A stretch of 43,119 nucleotides of DNA from Actinomycetota bacterium (GCA_013821525.1 JACDGR010000001.1:1-43119); one strand, 5' to 3'. Shown: positions 29,899 through 39,995, numbered from the stretch's first letter. Notes: generated by a model not told the origin, from the sequence alone. Numbers and translations: made by a program.

Positions 29899-30986
29899 GC
29901 GAACCTCCTAGCACCCGCGAGGATGCTCTGGTAGTGCCCCGCGAGGGGGCTGATCTTGACGACGTCGCCAGTGTGCGGCGCCTGGATGAACTGACCATTG
30001 CCGATGTACATCCCGATGTGCCCGATGCGCCCGCCCTCGGAGAACGCGAGTGCGTCTCCCGGCTGCAGTTGCGACGGGTCGACGGCGCGCCCAGCCTTGA
30101 ACTGGTCTGCTGCGACGCGGGGGATCTTCACGCCGAGCTTGCCCCAGACGTACTGCAGGAGACCGGAGCAGTCGAAGCCACTCTTCGGGTCGGCGGCGCC
30201 GAAGACGTACTTGGTGCCGAGGTAGTGCTTCGCGAGCTCTACGGCCTTCTGGCCTTCGGCGGTCAGGCCCTTCGGCGGGGCGCCTTTGAGTGGCACGGTG
30301 ACGTGTGTCCGAGGCAGCGTCGGCTGCGTCGGCGTCACGGGTTGCGTCTGCTGAGTCGCCATGCTGCTAGCGGTCAGGCTCGAGAAGTCCGGCGCCTGTG
30401 GTGCGAGGGTGCGCTGACCGCTGATCTTGCCGAGCGCGTCGAGTGCACGCTGGTTGCCTTGCTGGCGGAGGTTGTACGACTGCTGGTAGGCGGCGAGGTT
30501 CGGGAGTCCCTGCGTGGTGGGCTGCGGAGCACCTGCGACGGGGGCGCTCGCCTGCGGGGTGGCTGGAAGCGGCTGCCCCGCCGGCGCCACCTGCCCCGGT
30601 AGCCCCGCGTAGCGTGTCCGGTAGTAGCCGAGCGCGGCACGCTCCTCGGCGGGTTTGTCGGCGGGGCGCTCGTAGCGGTAGACGATCTCGTGGATCTGCT
30701 GTTCGGGCGTGAGGCCAGAGAGGTTGAGTCGCGCGAGCGCCTTCGCGGTGTAGTCGGCGCTGACGTTCGGGTTGAGGAAGCGTCGCGGGTTCGGGTCACC
30801 CGTGATCGTCCCACCCGCGTTGTTGTTCTGGAACAAGCCGAATGCGTGGCCGCCGTCGCCGATCGCGGCCGGGTTCAGGCCCGACTCGTGCTGTGCGATC
30901 GCGGCGAGCGGACGCCAGTCGAGCCCGTTCGCGGCAGCAGCCCGCTTGATCGCGGCGAGCGGATCGGGGATTGCGGGATTCGCCAT
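29895..30986 (-). CDS. Bifunctional cell-wall hydrolase: N-terminal lytic transglycosylase (SLT) plus C-terminal NlpC/P60 peptidase
   Basis: 363 aa. AIAQHESGLNPAAIGDGGHAFGLFQ is the SLT signature. FDCSGLLQYVWGKLG...RIGHIGMYIGNGQFIQAPHTGDVV is NlpC/P60. The two domains are joined by a Pro/Gln/Ala-rich linker. Confidence 0.85.
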   Translation of the reverse strand: MANPAIPDPLAAIKRAAAANGLDWRPLAAIAQHESGLNPAAIGDGGHAFGLFQNNNAGGTITGDPNPRRFLNPNVSADYTAKALARLNLSGLTPEQQIHEIVYRYERPADKPAEERAALGYYRTRYAGLPGQVAPAGQPLPATPQASAPVAGAPQPTTQGLPNLAAYQQSYNLRQQGNQRALDALGKISGQRTLAPQAPDFSSLTASSMATQQTQPVTPTQPTLPRTHVTVPLKGAPPKGLTAEGQKAVELAKHYLGTKYVFGAADPKSGFDCSGLLQYVWGKLGVKIPRVAADQFKAGRAVDPSQLQPGDALAFSEGGRIGHIGMYIGNGQFIQAPHTGDVVKISPLAGHYQSILAGARRFA

Positions 30987-31150
30987 CAGGGAGTACCCTC
31001 GCGGGTAGTGGAGAACTGGTTAGCCCAACTGCTCGCCGTAGCGTTCTGCATAGCGCTGTTCGCCGTCGTCCACTTCACGCTCGGCGGCGCGTGGGATGCA
31101 ATCGCGATCATCGCGTGCATCTGCGGATTCGTGTTCTTCACCGGGGTCAT
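30986..31150 (-). CDS. Unlisted small ORF (54 aa), coupled at both ends
   Basis: ATG 31150 overlaps the TGA of the 1218-aa gene (ATGA). Its TGA overlaps the hydrolase ATG (TGATG). The sequence is polar and low-complexity (MTPVKNTNPQMHAMIAIASHAPPSVKW...). See the rejected + strand alternative. Confidence 0.4.
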   Translation of the reverse strand: MTPVKNTNPQMHAMIAIASHAPPSVKWTTANSAMQNATASSWANQFSTTREGTP

Positions 31151-34100
31151 GGAAGCTCCGTCGCGTCTGATCCGCCAGATAGCAGGGCGGCGAGAGCCTT
31201 AGGGTTCTTCTCGAAGTACGCCTTGCGCTTGGCGGCCTCCGCGCCGATCGCGCTGTACTTCTTCACGATCGCCGCGGACTTCTCGGGCGTAGTCGCCTTC
31301 GCTTTCATCTCGTCCTTGAATGCCTTACGCAGCTGCGCGGCGAAGGACTTGAAGCCCTTGTACTGGTCTGCCGTCTCATTCCGCAGCGTGATGCGGACGG
31401 GACTGATCTGGTTGAGGATCGGAAGCCACGCAGGCTGATGAGGCTGAACGCCACCGAGCGGCACCTTCTTCGCGGGTCGCTTCTGCTCTGCGAGGAACGG
31501 GATCGACGTGTCCGCCTTGCCGGTGATGCCACCCGATAGCGCGCCGATCGGCGGCACGAATCCGGACGCTTGCGCGCCGATGAAGCGTGCGCGATCCTCG
31601 AGGCTCGCGATCGGCTTGCCCGCTCCGTTTCGGAGCGCCTGGCCGGTCTCGAGGTTCTTCCCCGTGAGCGCCCCGTACCCGATCCCTGCGAACGGCGAGA
31701 GCTGGTTGATTGCTCCGGCTATGTCGACACCACCCGTGGGGGTCGGCTCGAGCATTGTGCCGGGTGAGGCGAACGAGTTGGCGCGCGACGTCGTAAGGCC
31801 CCAGGCGGCGGTCGGCGATCCTCCGAGCGGGATCGACTCCTGCAGGTACTGCGGCAGCGCGCCACGCTGGCTCGAGCCCTGCTGTCCGATGTTGCCAAGA
31901 TCGTAGAGGGCGAGGTCGCGTCCGGTGTACTTGAGCGGAAGCGTCTTGAGCATCAGCGCGAAGACGAACCGCGTCCAGCGATGGAACGGGATCGTCGCGT
32001 CGAGCGCAGGGTTCGACCGCATCGACCCGTAGTCGCCCATCAGGTCGTTGACCTTCTGTACGGCGCGCTCCGCGGCGGCTCGAGTCTCTGGCGTGTCGCC
32101 GTCCGCCATCTTCTGTAGCCACTCGTGGACGGCGTCGTCTGCGGGCTTGAACTTCGCGAGGAAGCCCTTGCCGGCAAGGGTCTTAGCTTCTCCGACGGCG
32201 GCCTTGGCGTACATCGCTTCGCGACCCTTGTTGTCGACGGCGATCGAGAGGTCGCGGATCGTCTTGATGTAGTTGCCGAGCGTCGCCTGTTTGATCGCCT
32301 GCAGCGGCTTGCCTTCGTCGAGCAGGCTGCGCGCGGTTTGCTGTGCGCCGTGGCCGAACTCGCGTGCGATGAAGCCCGCGTCCTGCACGCCTGGTGCGAG
32401 CGGCACGCTGCCGCGTAGCGCGCGAGTCCACGAAGTGAGGCCGGCGCCGCCGATGCCGGCCTGCGCGACGTTCGAGACGAGGTTCGTGAGCGGGTAGGTG
32501 GGGCGCGTCATCAGCACGCCGGTCTTGAACGCGCGGGTGGCGCTTTGGAGCTTTGCGGCGCCAGAGCCTGGTCGGACACGCGCAACGTTCTTCGTGATCT
32601 GGTCGTAGACGGGCCTCGGGACGAGCACGAAGTTGCCATCCGCCGGGACGCGCAGCATCTCGTTCGGGTCGCTAGTCCAGCCCTCGTCGAGGTTCTTGAG
32701 CGTCGAGAGGGCGTCCGCTTCGGCGTTCGTGAAGTCCGCTGCATCTACGGACGCGTCCGCGTTCTTTGGCTTCGTGCGCAGGTTATCGGTGTTGCGCAGC
32801 ACGTAGTTCTCGCGTACCGCATCCGGTAGTGCCTCTCCGTTGGCGACGGGCCTCGAGAGTCCGTTCTTCGGGTTGACCACGTGCTCGACGAACGCCTTTG
32901 CGTCCTGCGCGGTATGCACCTCGAGCAGCTGCCGGTTGAACGCCTCGGGCGTCTGCGTGAAGTTTCCCGACCGGAGCTGGTCGCCGTACGAGCGTGCTTT
33001 GCCGATGCCGGTGATCGGCAGGTTCGCGTTCGCGCGCACGGGCTGGCCGGGCGTGTTGAACTCGCTCTTGACCTTCGGCTTTACCATCGGGACGCGGAAC
33101 GGTTCCGCCGGCTGCTCGGACGCGAACTGCTTGACGAGCTCGTTGTGCTGCCGGTTGAGTTCGGCGACACGCGCGACCGCAGCATCCCGCGTGGCGGGGT
33201 CGGGGCTCGAGCGCGCATCGTCCATGCTCCGCAGTTGACGCTCGACGTCGAGGATGCTCGTCGCCGTCGCGTCTCCCTGCTGGGCGCGCACATGGACAAG
33301 CGGCTGGTAGTCGCGCCGTAGCGCCGCCTCGGGCGAGAGCTTGCCATCGTCCACGAGCTCGCCGGTGCGTCGCTGTGCGACGTCGCGGGCTGCGGTGAGG
33401 AACCGCTCTTCCTTTGGCGTGAGCGGCTGGTCGAACTTCTTCGCCTGAGCGCCTGCGAGTTTGGCCTGCGCCTGCTGCGTGGGCTTCTCCCCGACCGCCC
33501 TGTAGAAGCCTTCGCGCTCGGTAGCGGTGAGCCCCTGAGCTTCGTTCTGCAGCAGCGACGCCTGACGCCGGCGGCTGATGCCTTTCTTCGCGTCGGCGTA
33601 CTCCGAGAACTGCTTGCGGTCGTTCAGCCCGCGCTCGCGCACGATCGTCGAGTGGGCGCCCTGTACGCGGTTCTTCAACGCCTCGCTCTGGAGCGCCTCG
33701 GGCCCGCGTGCGAGCAGCGCGTCAGACGTCTTCTGCGCGAGCCGGACAGTGAGGTTCTGGTCGAGCGTGCCGCGGTTGATCGGCGAGAGCGGGTAGTTCG
33801 ACAGCGTCACGTCGCGCGCCGTCTCGGGCAACTTCGCGACCTTGCCCGCGATACCGCCGACACCCTTCGCTGCGCCGATCGCCATCAGTGCAGCCTGGAA
33901 CGGGTGCTGCTGGACGAACGCTCCGGGGTGTTCGGCCATCTGCAACTGGCTCTTGCCGATGGCCGCGAGTTCGCTGGTGTCCCCCTTTCCGCCGATCCCC
34001 GTGGGGAGTGCTGCGCGCGTCGCGTGCCCGAGCGCAAACCCTCCCTCGGCTGCGTAGACGGGTGTGTAGAGGGCGTCCTTCGGCAGGTTCTTGATCACGT

Positions 34101-34803
34101 CCCAGTACGAGCCGCCCTTGTGGTCTGCGAGAGCAGCCGTCAAGAGTTGCGTCGTCGTCGGGTGCGCGGGGAAGCTGTTCCCTCGTGCGAGTGCGGCTGC
34201 GGCGAGACTCGCTCCGACGCCGGGCAGCGAGAGCGTCTTGTCTCGCGCGAACCCGGCGATCACCTGCTGCTTAGCCTTCGGGTCGAGGCCGAGACTGCTG
34301 ATCGCGCGGAGCGCCGCAGGTGCGACGCTACCGAGCGGGATGCCGGATCCAACGAGACTGAGCGCACGCTGCCCGACCGCGGCGAGGTTCGGCGCGGTCT
34401 GCGCGAACGTGACCGGCCCGGATGCGGCGTGCCCCCGGCCGACGGGCTGTTCGTGCTGCGCGATCGGCTTACGGGTGTCGGCGGCCTTGACGTACTCCTG
34501 GACGATCTTGACGGCTTCCTTGCGGATGGGGCCGGGCGTGTGCGGGTCGGTGGCGTTACTCTTGGCGAGCAGCGCCTGCTGTGCCGGCGTCGCAACGGTC
34601 GCCTGCGTCGGGTCGCCGAGGTACGTGTTGACGGCGAACGGCTTCGCGATCCGCGACGACTGGCGGTTCAATGGGGAGCGCTCACCAGCGACGGCCTTGA
34701 AGAACCCCTTCTGGCCGGGCACCGTCCTCGTCTGCGTGCGGGCAGCGTGCAGCGCCTGATCGAGAATGTCGCCGCCGCCGCTGGAGTACGGGTTGACGCT
34801 CAC
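31147..34803 (-). CDS. Large internal virion / ejection protein candidate (1218 aa)
   Basis: The longest ORF in the window. It sits after two smaller Gln/Ala-rich proteins and before the SLT-NlpC/P60 hydrolase, comparable in position and size to T7 gp16-class core proteins. No catalytic motif recognised. Confidence 0.55.
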   Translation of the reverse strand: MSVNPYSSGGGDILDQALHAARTQTRTVPGQKGFFKAVAGERSPLNRQSSRIAKPFAVNTYLGDPTQATVATPAQQALLAKSNATDPHTPGPIRKEAVKIVQEYVKAADTRKPIAQHEQPVGRGHAASGPVTFAQTAPNLAAVGQRALSLVGSGIPLGSVAPAALRAISSLGLDPKAKQQVIAGFARDKTLSLPGVGASLAAAALARGNSFPAHPTTTQLLTAALADHKGGSYWDVIKNLPKDALYTPVYAAEGGFALGHATRAALPTGIGGKGDTSELAAIGKSQLQMAEHPGAFVQQHPFQAALMAIGAAKGVGGIAGKVAKLPETARDVTLSNYPLSPINRGTLDQNLTVRLAQKTSDALLARGPEALQSEALKNRVQGAHSTIVRERGLNDRKQFSEYADAKKGISRRRQASLLQNEAQGLTATEREGFYRAVGEKPTQQAQAKLAGAQAKKFDQPLTPKEERFLTAARDVAQRRTGELVDDGKLSPEAALRRDYQPLVHVRAQQGDATATSILDVERQLRSMDDARSSPDPATRDAAVARVAELNRQHNELVKQFASEQPAEPFRVPMVKPKVKSEFNTPGQPVRANANLPITGIGKARSYGDQLRSGNFTQTPEAFNRQLLEVHTAQDAKAFVEHVVNPKNGLSRPVANGEALPDAVRENYVLRNTDNLRTKPKNADASVDAADFTNAEADALSTLKNLDEGWTSDPNEMLRVPADGNFVLVPRPVYDQITKNVARVRPGSGAAKLQSATRAFKTGVLMTRPTYPLTNLVSNVAQAGIGGAGLTSWTRALRGSVPLAPGVQDAGFIAREFGHGAQQTARSLLDEGKPLQAIKQATLGNYIKTIRDLSIAVDNKGREAMYAKAAVGEAKTLAGKGFLAKFKPADDAVHEWLQKMADGDTPETRAAAERAVQKVNDLMGDYGSMRSNPALDATIPFHRWTRFVFALMLKTLPLKYTGRDLALYDLGNIGQQGSSQRGALPQYLQESIPLGGSPTAAWGLTTSRANSFASPGTMLEPTPTGGVDIAGAINQLSPFAGIGYGALTGKNLETGQALRNGAGKPIASLEDRARFIGAQASGFVPPIGALSGGITGKADTSIPFLAEQKRPAKKVPLGGVQPHQPAWLPILNQISPVRITLRNETADQYKGFKSFAAQLRKAFKDEMKAKATTPEKSAAIVKKYSAIGAEAAKRKAYFEKNPKALAALLSGGSDATELP

Positions 34804-36075
34804 CTAGTAGCCCGTGTGATCCTGAACCGTGGATCCCTCGGGGACGCCGAGGATCCGGAGCTTGCGCTTGCCCATCGGGCCGCTGGCGTTGAACCGATTC
34901 CACACGTTCGCAGGTACGGTCTTGACGACGCGCTTAGGCTTCTGCTTCGTGGTCGACGGCAGCCCCGTGATCGGGTCCGTGCCCGTCTTGTCCGGCTGCG
35001 GGATCATCACGGTGACCTTGTAGGACTTGTAGGCGTTCCCCGTCTTGGGGTCTGTCGTCTTCGCTGCCGCGGTGGTCTTCGCGGCCGTTACCTTGGCGGC
35101 TGCTGCGGTCTTCGCTGCGGTGACGCGTGCAGCGGCGTTGTCCGCCGCGATCTGCGCCTTCGTGCGATTCGTGCTCGAGGTCGTCGCGATCCTGGTGCGG
35201 TTCGTGCTGGTAGTGGTCGCGAGCCGCGTCGCGTTCGTGTCGGAGGTGCGCGCCGTCTGCCCCGACTGGTTGATCTGCGCCAGCAACTGCGCGGCAGCCT
35301 GCGACGACGCCTGCGACGCAGCCTTGTTGCCAAGCTGCGCCTGCAACTGCGCGTCCGACTCGAGCTGCTGCCACGTCGCGAGCTTCGTCTGCACGTTCGC
35401 GGCAGTCACCTTCTGGTTCGCGTCCGTCATCTGCGACTCGCGCGCCGACACCGGCGCGACACCGGAGAGCAGCGACGCGAGCGTCTTCTGCTTGTTCGCA
35501 GCGTTCGTCTGGATGCCGGTGAGCCCCGCGTCGTACGCTTTCTGCGCATTCTGCGCACCCGAACTCGCAGCGGCAGCCTGCAGCGCGCCGTAGTAGTTGC
35601 CGGTACCGGCACCCTGCGACGCGAGGACAGCCTGCGCGCCCGACGCGCCGATCACGCCGGGGCTCGCCGGCGCACCCGCAATGTTCGGAGCGCTCGCAGC
35701 CGTCGCAGCGTTCTGCGTGGCGAGGGTCGCGCCCATCTGGTTCGTCTGGCCGACGCTCGCCTGCTGGATGCCCGCAAGTTGGTCGCGCAGCGACGCGGCG
35801 ACACCCTGCGCTTGTGTGGCGCGGTTCGTAGCCTGCGCGTTGATCTGGTCGTTCGACAGGTACCCCATGCCTGCGAGCTTCTGCGCGTTCGCAGCGTCCT
35901 CGTTGTACCCCGACTGTGCGAGGGTGTGGATCTGCCCGGACGCGTACGGCGTCTGCAACATGAACTGGTCGTACGGGGACGCTTCGTGCCTCGGAGCCTT
36001 GATCGTCGGCTTCTTCAGCTTCACGCCACCAGCGACAGCGCCGCCGAGCCCGAGCGACTTCGGTGTGAGTGCCAT
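34804..36075 (-). CDS. Gln/Ala/Thr-rich internal virion protein candidate (423 aa)
   Basis: ORF-track entry. Low-complexity helical sequence with AAKT-type repeats. TAATG overlap with the upstream gene. Confidence 0.55.
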   Translation of the reverse strand: MALTPKSLGLGGAVAGGVKLKKPTIKAPRHEASPYDQFMLQTPYASGQIHTLAQSGYNEDAANAQKLAGMGYLSNDQINAQATNRATQAQGVAASLRDQLAGIQQASVGQTNQMGATLATQNAATAASAPNIAGAPASPGVIGASGAQAVLASQGAGTGNYYGALQAAAASSGAQNAQKAYDAGLTGIQTNAANKQKTLASLLSGVAPVSARESQMTDANQKVTAANVQTKLATWQQLESDAQLQAQLGNKAASQASSQAAAQLLAQINQSGQTARTSDTNATRLATTTSTNRTRIATTSSTNRTKAQIAADNAAARVTAAKTAAAAKVTAAKTTAAAKTTDPKTGNAYKSYKVTVMIPQPDKTGTDPITGLPSTTKQKPKRVVKTVPANVWNRFNASGPMGKRKLRILGVPEGSTVQDHTGY

Positions 36076-36713
36076 TAGAGGTGCCCCTGCAGTCCGGTCG
36101 AGAGCTTCGGGAGTTTCGGTTTCTTGATCGTCGGTGCGCCTGGCTGGTTCTGCGGCCCGTAGACGACCGGCGTGGCGCCCTGCGGGCCGTAGCTGAACGT
36201 GGACGTCGGGCCGGGTGCGGCAACCGGTGCAGCGGCCGGCGCCAGAGCGGCAGCCACAGGCGCCGCAACGGGGATCGCCGGGTCGTTCAGCGCGTTCTGC
36301 GCGAGCGTGCCGTACGCCCCCGTGATCGCGTTCGTGTTCTGCTGGTCGATACCGCCGATCGCCGCGCCGAGCGCCTGACTCGCGTTGTAGTTCCGCTGAC
36401 CCGAGTTCTGCAGTTCGTGCGCCTGCATCGCTGCGTGACCACCGCTGAACAGCGCGCCGTGCGCGTTCGCATTGTTCGTGATGCCGTACTGGTTGCCACT
36501 CAACTGCTGGCGAAGCTGCGCCTGCACGCTGTACGGGTTCTGGTCGGCAGCAGCAACGTCACCCGGTGCGATGCCGTAGCGAGCCGCTTCCTCGGGAGAG
36601 AGCGCCGACGACGACCCGTAGTTCAAGATCAAGTCTTTCAGCGACTTCGAGAGGCCACCGTGCGTCGCGAGGTACGCCGGGTCGAGCTGCGCTTGCGACC
36701 AGTAGTCAGCCAT
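36075..36713 (-). CDS. Internal virion protein candidate (212 aa)
   Basis: Internal ATG 36713 (MADYWSQAQLDPAYLATHGG...) overlaps the upstream TAA (TAATG). The Arg-rich N-terminal extension of the track ORF was rejected. Confidence 0.55.
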   Translation of the reverse strand: MADYWSQAQLDPAYLATHGGLSKSLKDLILNYGSSSALSPEEAARYGIAPGDVAAADQNPYSVQAQLRQQLSGNQYGITNNANAHGALFSGGHAAMQAHELQNSGQRNYNASQALGAAIGGIDQQNTNAITGAYGTLAQNALNDPAIPVAAPVAAALAPAAAPVAAPGPTSTFSYGPQGATPVVYGPQNQPGAPTIKKPKLPKLSTGLQGHL

Positions 36714-37297
36714 TACTGCACCCTCAGTGGTGTGATTTTCAGCCAGCGCTTCTCGAACGAGACAGCGCCTCCGCCGACGCTCTTGTACTTCGCGACGATC
36801 GGCGTTCCAGACGCGAGGCCCGTATGGACGCGCATCGCGGAGGCGGACACGAGCTGCGCGCCAGCGGCGAACTGCGTGATAAGGATGCGATCGGCGTCGA
36901 CGGCTGCGGTGACGCCGATGTCGAAGCTCATCCACGGCGCGCTCGTCGTTGTCGTCGTCAGCCCGGCGCCGAACTCGATCGCGTAGTCCCCGGCGAGCGG
37001 CACGGTGATCGACGGGCCGGCGGTCGTGAGCGCGGCGTACGTCGCGCTCGCCGTGGACTCGCTAGCGTCGACGTACTGCACGAGCGGCGTTGCACCGCTC
37101 GGGTACCAGTAGCCGTCGGTGAACAACTCGAACGACCAGTTGATCGCGTTGATCGCTGCGGTCTGCGCGGCGCTCAGCTGGTAACGGATCGACGTGCCGA
37201 CCGACTGGTTGCCGGGCAGCTGGTTGACGATCTGCGTCTGCCGCTGGTAGCGCCGGTCGATGCCGTTTTCGCCTGCGACGAACGGGTTCTGGTTCAC
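36713..37297 (-). CDS. Hypothetical virion protein (194 aa)
   Basis: ORF-track entry. GTG start overlaps the TGA of the nozzle-like gene (GTGA). The sequence looks beta-rich. Confidence 0.6.
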   Translation of the reverse strand: MNQNPFVAGENGIDRRYQRQTQIVNQLPGNQSVGTSIRYQLSAAQTAAINAINWSFELFTDGYWYPSGATPLVQYVDASESTASATYAALTTAGPSITVPLAGDYAIEFGAGLTTTTTSAPWMSFDIGVTAAVDADRILITQFAAGAQLVSASAMRVHTGLASGTPIVAKYKSVGGGAVSFEKRWLKITPLRVQ

Positions 37298-39198
37298 GAA
37301 GCGTACCCTTCGGTGCCCTGATGGTTACCGAGGTCGAGGCCGAGCAACTCGAAGGTGTCCTGCACGGCGTTGCCGGTGATGCGCACCTCGAGCGAAGGGC
37401 CGTCCGGCAGGAGGTTCCCCACGGGGTAGACGTGGGTGGTCGCGGCGCTGCCGGTGTCGGGGAGCGCGGCGGTGACGGTGACGTACGCGGCGTCGTTGGT
37501 GTTCAGCTTCGTGTCGGCCCTGAGCGTCGCGGTCGGCGAGCCGGTGCCGCGCGAGTCGTACGTGATGCCAACGTCGGCGGCGAGCTTGTTCGTCGCGAGC
37601 GCGCCCGTCGGCTGGCTGGACGACTGGAAGTCGAACAGCACGGCGGTGCCATCACCGTCGTTCTTGTTCGCGCTTGTTGGCAGCCAGATCGGATCCATCT
37701 GGATCAGCTGACCTTTCGTCATCGTCGGTGCGGTCGTGGTGGTGTCCCACCAGCGCACCGACCAGAGCTTCGTCGGGTCGACAGGATCAGGCGCGGAGTC
37801 GAAGATCTGTGTCGTCGGCCCGGTCGTGCGTGTCGTCGCGAGGTTGTCGAGGTCGAACATGAGCCCGCCCTGGATGCCGCTGAGCGAGAGGTAGTAGTGG
37901 TTCTTGTTGACGGCGTACGCCGAGCCGTAGATCGTCGCTCCGCCCCTGAGGAGATCCTGGAAGTACCGCTGGTTGCGTCCGTTCAGGAGCGGGCTAAGCT
38001 TCGAACCGCTGTACTCGTAAATGTTGTCGTACCCCGCCCAGATCAGACCACCACGCGCGTACTGGATGCTCTTCGAGGAGACGCAGCCGACGTTCGCTGA
38101 AATCTGGTCGACCGAGTAGTTGAGCGCGTTGTTGGCGACGGTGTTCGTCGTCAGCTGCCCGGTGAGCCGAAAGGTGCTCGTCGGCCCGAAGATGATCAGC
38201 TGGCCGTCACCGACAGTCGCGAGGCCCGTCATGCCGCCAAGGCTGGGGATGTCCTGGTAGTTGTAGTACGGGGTGGCGGTGTCGCCGAGGAACGCGCCGC
38301 GGTAGAGGAAGTTGTCGCCGTCGTAGACGAACGTGCCGGCGAGGCTGATCTGCGGTGTCGCTTCCGTCGGCAGCAGCGTCCAGCGCAACCGGTTCGGTTC
38401 GGGGTTGAAGCCGTTCGCGATCGACGCGGACGGGGCGACGGACGTGTAGCCGAAGACGAGGCGGTTCTGGAAGCTGACTCCGTAACGAGCGCCAACGTTG
38501 TTGCCCCCCCAATAGTCGGGGAGGAACAGCGAGACGACGTTTCCTGACGCGCCTGCGATGGCGTACCGGGGTGTCGGTTCGACGCGAACCGCGCTCGAGC
38601 TGGTGACCTCGACGATGCGACCGACGTAGACGTTGGTGGCGTTCGCGACCTGAATGATCGACCCGAGGTGACCAGCGACGAAACTCGTGGGTGCGACGGC
38701 GGTCACGCGGTTGTTGTTCGCTGCGACGGTCGCTGCGGTCACGACGAACGCCGCGCCTGTGCCGCCACCGATGAAGGCAGGCCCGTTACCGGCACCGGTC
38801 GCCTGTGCGGCCGGCTGGATCGGTAGGACGCCGTAGTTGCCGTGCTGGAATGGCTTCGCGACGATGCCTGCTGCGGACCCGTAGGTGCCCATGCTGGTCG
38901 CGGCGCCGGTCGTCTTGTCGAGCACGTAGACGTTGCCGGCGGTTTTGCCGCTCGAGCCGAACAGGCCGGTGACGGCGTCGAGTCCGTTTGAGCGGAAGCC
39001 GAGGAGGTTCTCGACGGTGGCGGTGCGGTTCGACGCGGACGGCGACGTCGTCCCGCCACGCTTGCGGATCTTCCCCGCGTAGTCGCAGAGCATGTCTGCC
39101 GCGTCGTAACAGAACCCGTCCGGCAACTCGTACGGCGCGATGTCGCGCGCCATGCCGAGATCGAAACGACCCCGACGGCTGCGTCCAGCGTCCGCCAC
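37294..39198 (-). CDS. Nozzle / tail tubular protein B-like (beta-propeller-like) protein (634 aa)
   Basis: Large beta-rich protein immediately after the adaptor-like gene, in the gp11-gp12 order of podoviruses. It has repeated aromatic/Gly strand motifs (…LVFGYTS…, …LIIFGPTSTFRLTG…, …LIWAGYDNIYEYSG…, …HYYLSLSG…). Call based on position and sequence character only. Confidence 0.5.
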   Translation of the reverse strand: MADAGRSRRGRFDLGMARDIAPYELPDGFCYDAADMLCDYAGKIRKRGGTTSPSASNRTATVENLLGFRSNGLDAVTGLFGSSGKTAGNVYVLDKTTGAATSMGTYGSAAGIVAKPFQHGNYGVLPIQPAAQATGAGNGPAFIGGGTGAAFVVTAATVAANNNRVTAVAPTSFVAGHLGSIIQVANATNVYVGRIVEVTSSSAVRVEPTPRYAIAGASGNVVSLFLPDYWGGNNVGARYGVSFQNRLVFGYTSVAPSASIANGFNPEPNRLRWTLLPTEATPQISLAGTFVYDGDNFLYRGAFLGDTATPYYNYQDIPSLGGMTGLATVGDGQLIIFGPTSTFRLTGQLTTNTVANNALNYSVDQISANVGCVSSKSIQYARGGLIWAGYDNIYEYSGSKLSPLLNGRNQRYFQDLLRGGATIYGSAYAVNKNHYYLSLSGIQGGLMFDLDNLATTRTTGPTTQIFDSAPDPVDPTKLWSVRWWDTTTTAPTMTKGQLIQMDPIWLPTSANKNDGDGTAVLFDFQSSSQPTGALATNKLAADVGITYDSRGTGSPTATLRADTKLNTNDAAYVTVTAALPDTGSAATTHVYPVGNLLPDGPSLEVRITGNAVQDTFELLGLDLGNHQGTEGYAS

Positions 39199-39995
39199 TA
39201 GCCGCGATCCATCCCGTACTGCGATACCGCAGGCGAGATCCCCGGCGTCCCCGGCGGGAGTTGTGGTGGCACGATCGGCCGCTCGCCCGGCGGGTAGTCG
39301 AGGCCACGCGCAACCGAGTCTTGCGTGATCGCGCGCGCGACGATCTCCGACGCGAGCGCCATGTTCGCCTGCGCCTGCGACATCGCCTGCGAGTTGGAGC
39401 TCGAGCCGGAAAGCATCAGGCCGCGACCTACGGCGTTTAGGATGACGGCTTGCTGCCAGCGGATCGGCACGATCGGCACGTCGGTGTCGGCGGTCATCTG
39501 CACGCTGTCGGCGCTACGGAAATACCCGATCTTGAAGCTGCCGATGAAGTTCGGTACCGGCCACACGGAGAGCGCCTGGTTGCCGCCGGGCAGGATCGTC
39601 GCGGGCGTCGTCTGCGCGGTGCCGCCACGAACGGTGTAGAAGCGCGGGATACCCGCGACCGGGCCGGTGATCGCAGTGATCTCGTCGAAGTCCTGCTGGT
39701 TCAGAAAGCGGAGCTTGATGAACGTCGTGCCGGCGTTCGCCTGGTTGTGCGCGACGTCGATCATCTGCCAGAAGTCCGTCACGATCGGAGACGTGCCGAC
39801 GAGAACGTAGTCCGCCGAACCGTTCGCGCTCGCGACCGTGGTGCGGCTTTCGAGGAACGACCAGAGGTGCTCGTTCAGGAACCAGTTCTGCGCCTGGTTC
39901 GTCCAGAGCTTCACGCGACCCGCAGACTGCGCGGTCGTGGAGAAGGGGCCGGCCGCGGCCACCTCGCTGTAAAGATCAATGAACGTGTTCGCCAT
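39198..39995 (-). CDS. Head-tail adaptor-like protein, paralog 2 (nozzle-proximal)
   Basis: 265 aa. Collinear motifs with 4390..5082. The stop overlaps the GTG of the nozzle-like gene (TAGTG). Confidence 0.5.
   Translation of the reverse strand: MANTFIDLYSEVAAAGPFSTTAQSAGRVKLWTNQAQNWFLNEHLWSFLESRTTVASANGSADYVLVGTSPIVTDFWQMIDVAHNQANAGTTFIKLRFLNQQDFDEITAITGPVAGIPRFYTVRGGTAQTTPATILPGGNQALSVWPVPNFIGSFKIGYFRSADSVQMTADTDVPIVPIRWQQAVILNAVGRGLMLSGSSSNSQAMSQAQANMALASEIVARAITQDSVARGLDYPPGERPIVPPQLPPGTPGISPAVSQYGMDRG

Noticed and set aside
31004-31202. A + strand reading frame (part of track ORF 30690..31202) that encodes a convincing-looking two-TM peptide, VENWLAQLLAVAFCIALFAVVHFTLGGAWDAIAIIACICGFVFFTGV..., antisense to the late operon. 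It looks like a possible hidden holin.
   Set aside because: It is the exact antisense of the minus-strand 54-aa ORF and shares its wobble positions, so high third-position GC cannot tell the two apart. Antisense of polar NAN codons is hydrophobic NUN by construction. It has only a GTG start with no ribosome-binding site, and it would be transcribed against a ~38-kb operon. The minus-strand ORF is start/stop-coupled at both ends. It would be worth reconsidering only if strand-specific ribosome profiling shows + strand translation.
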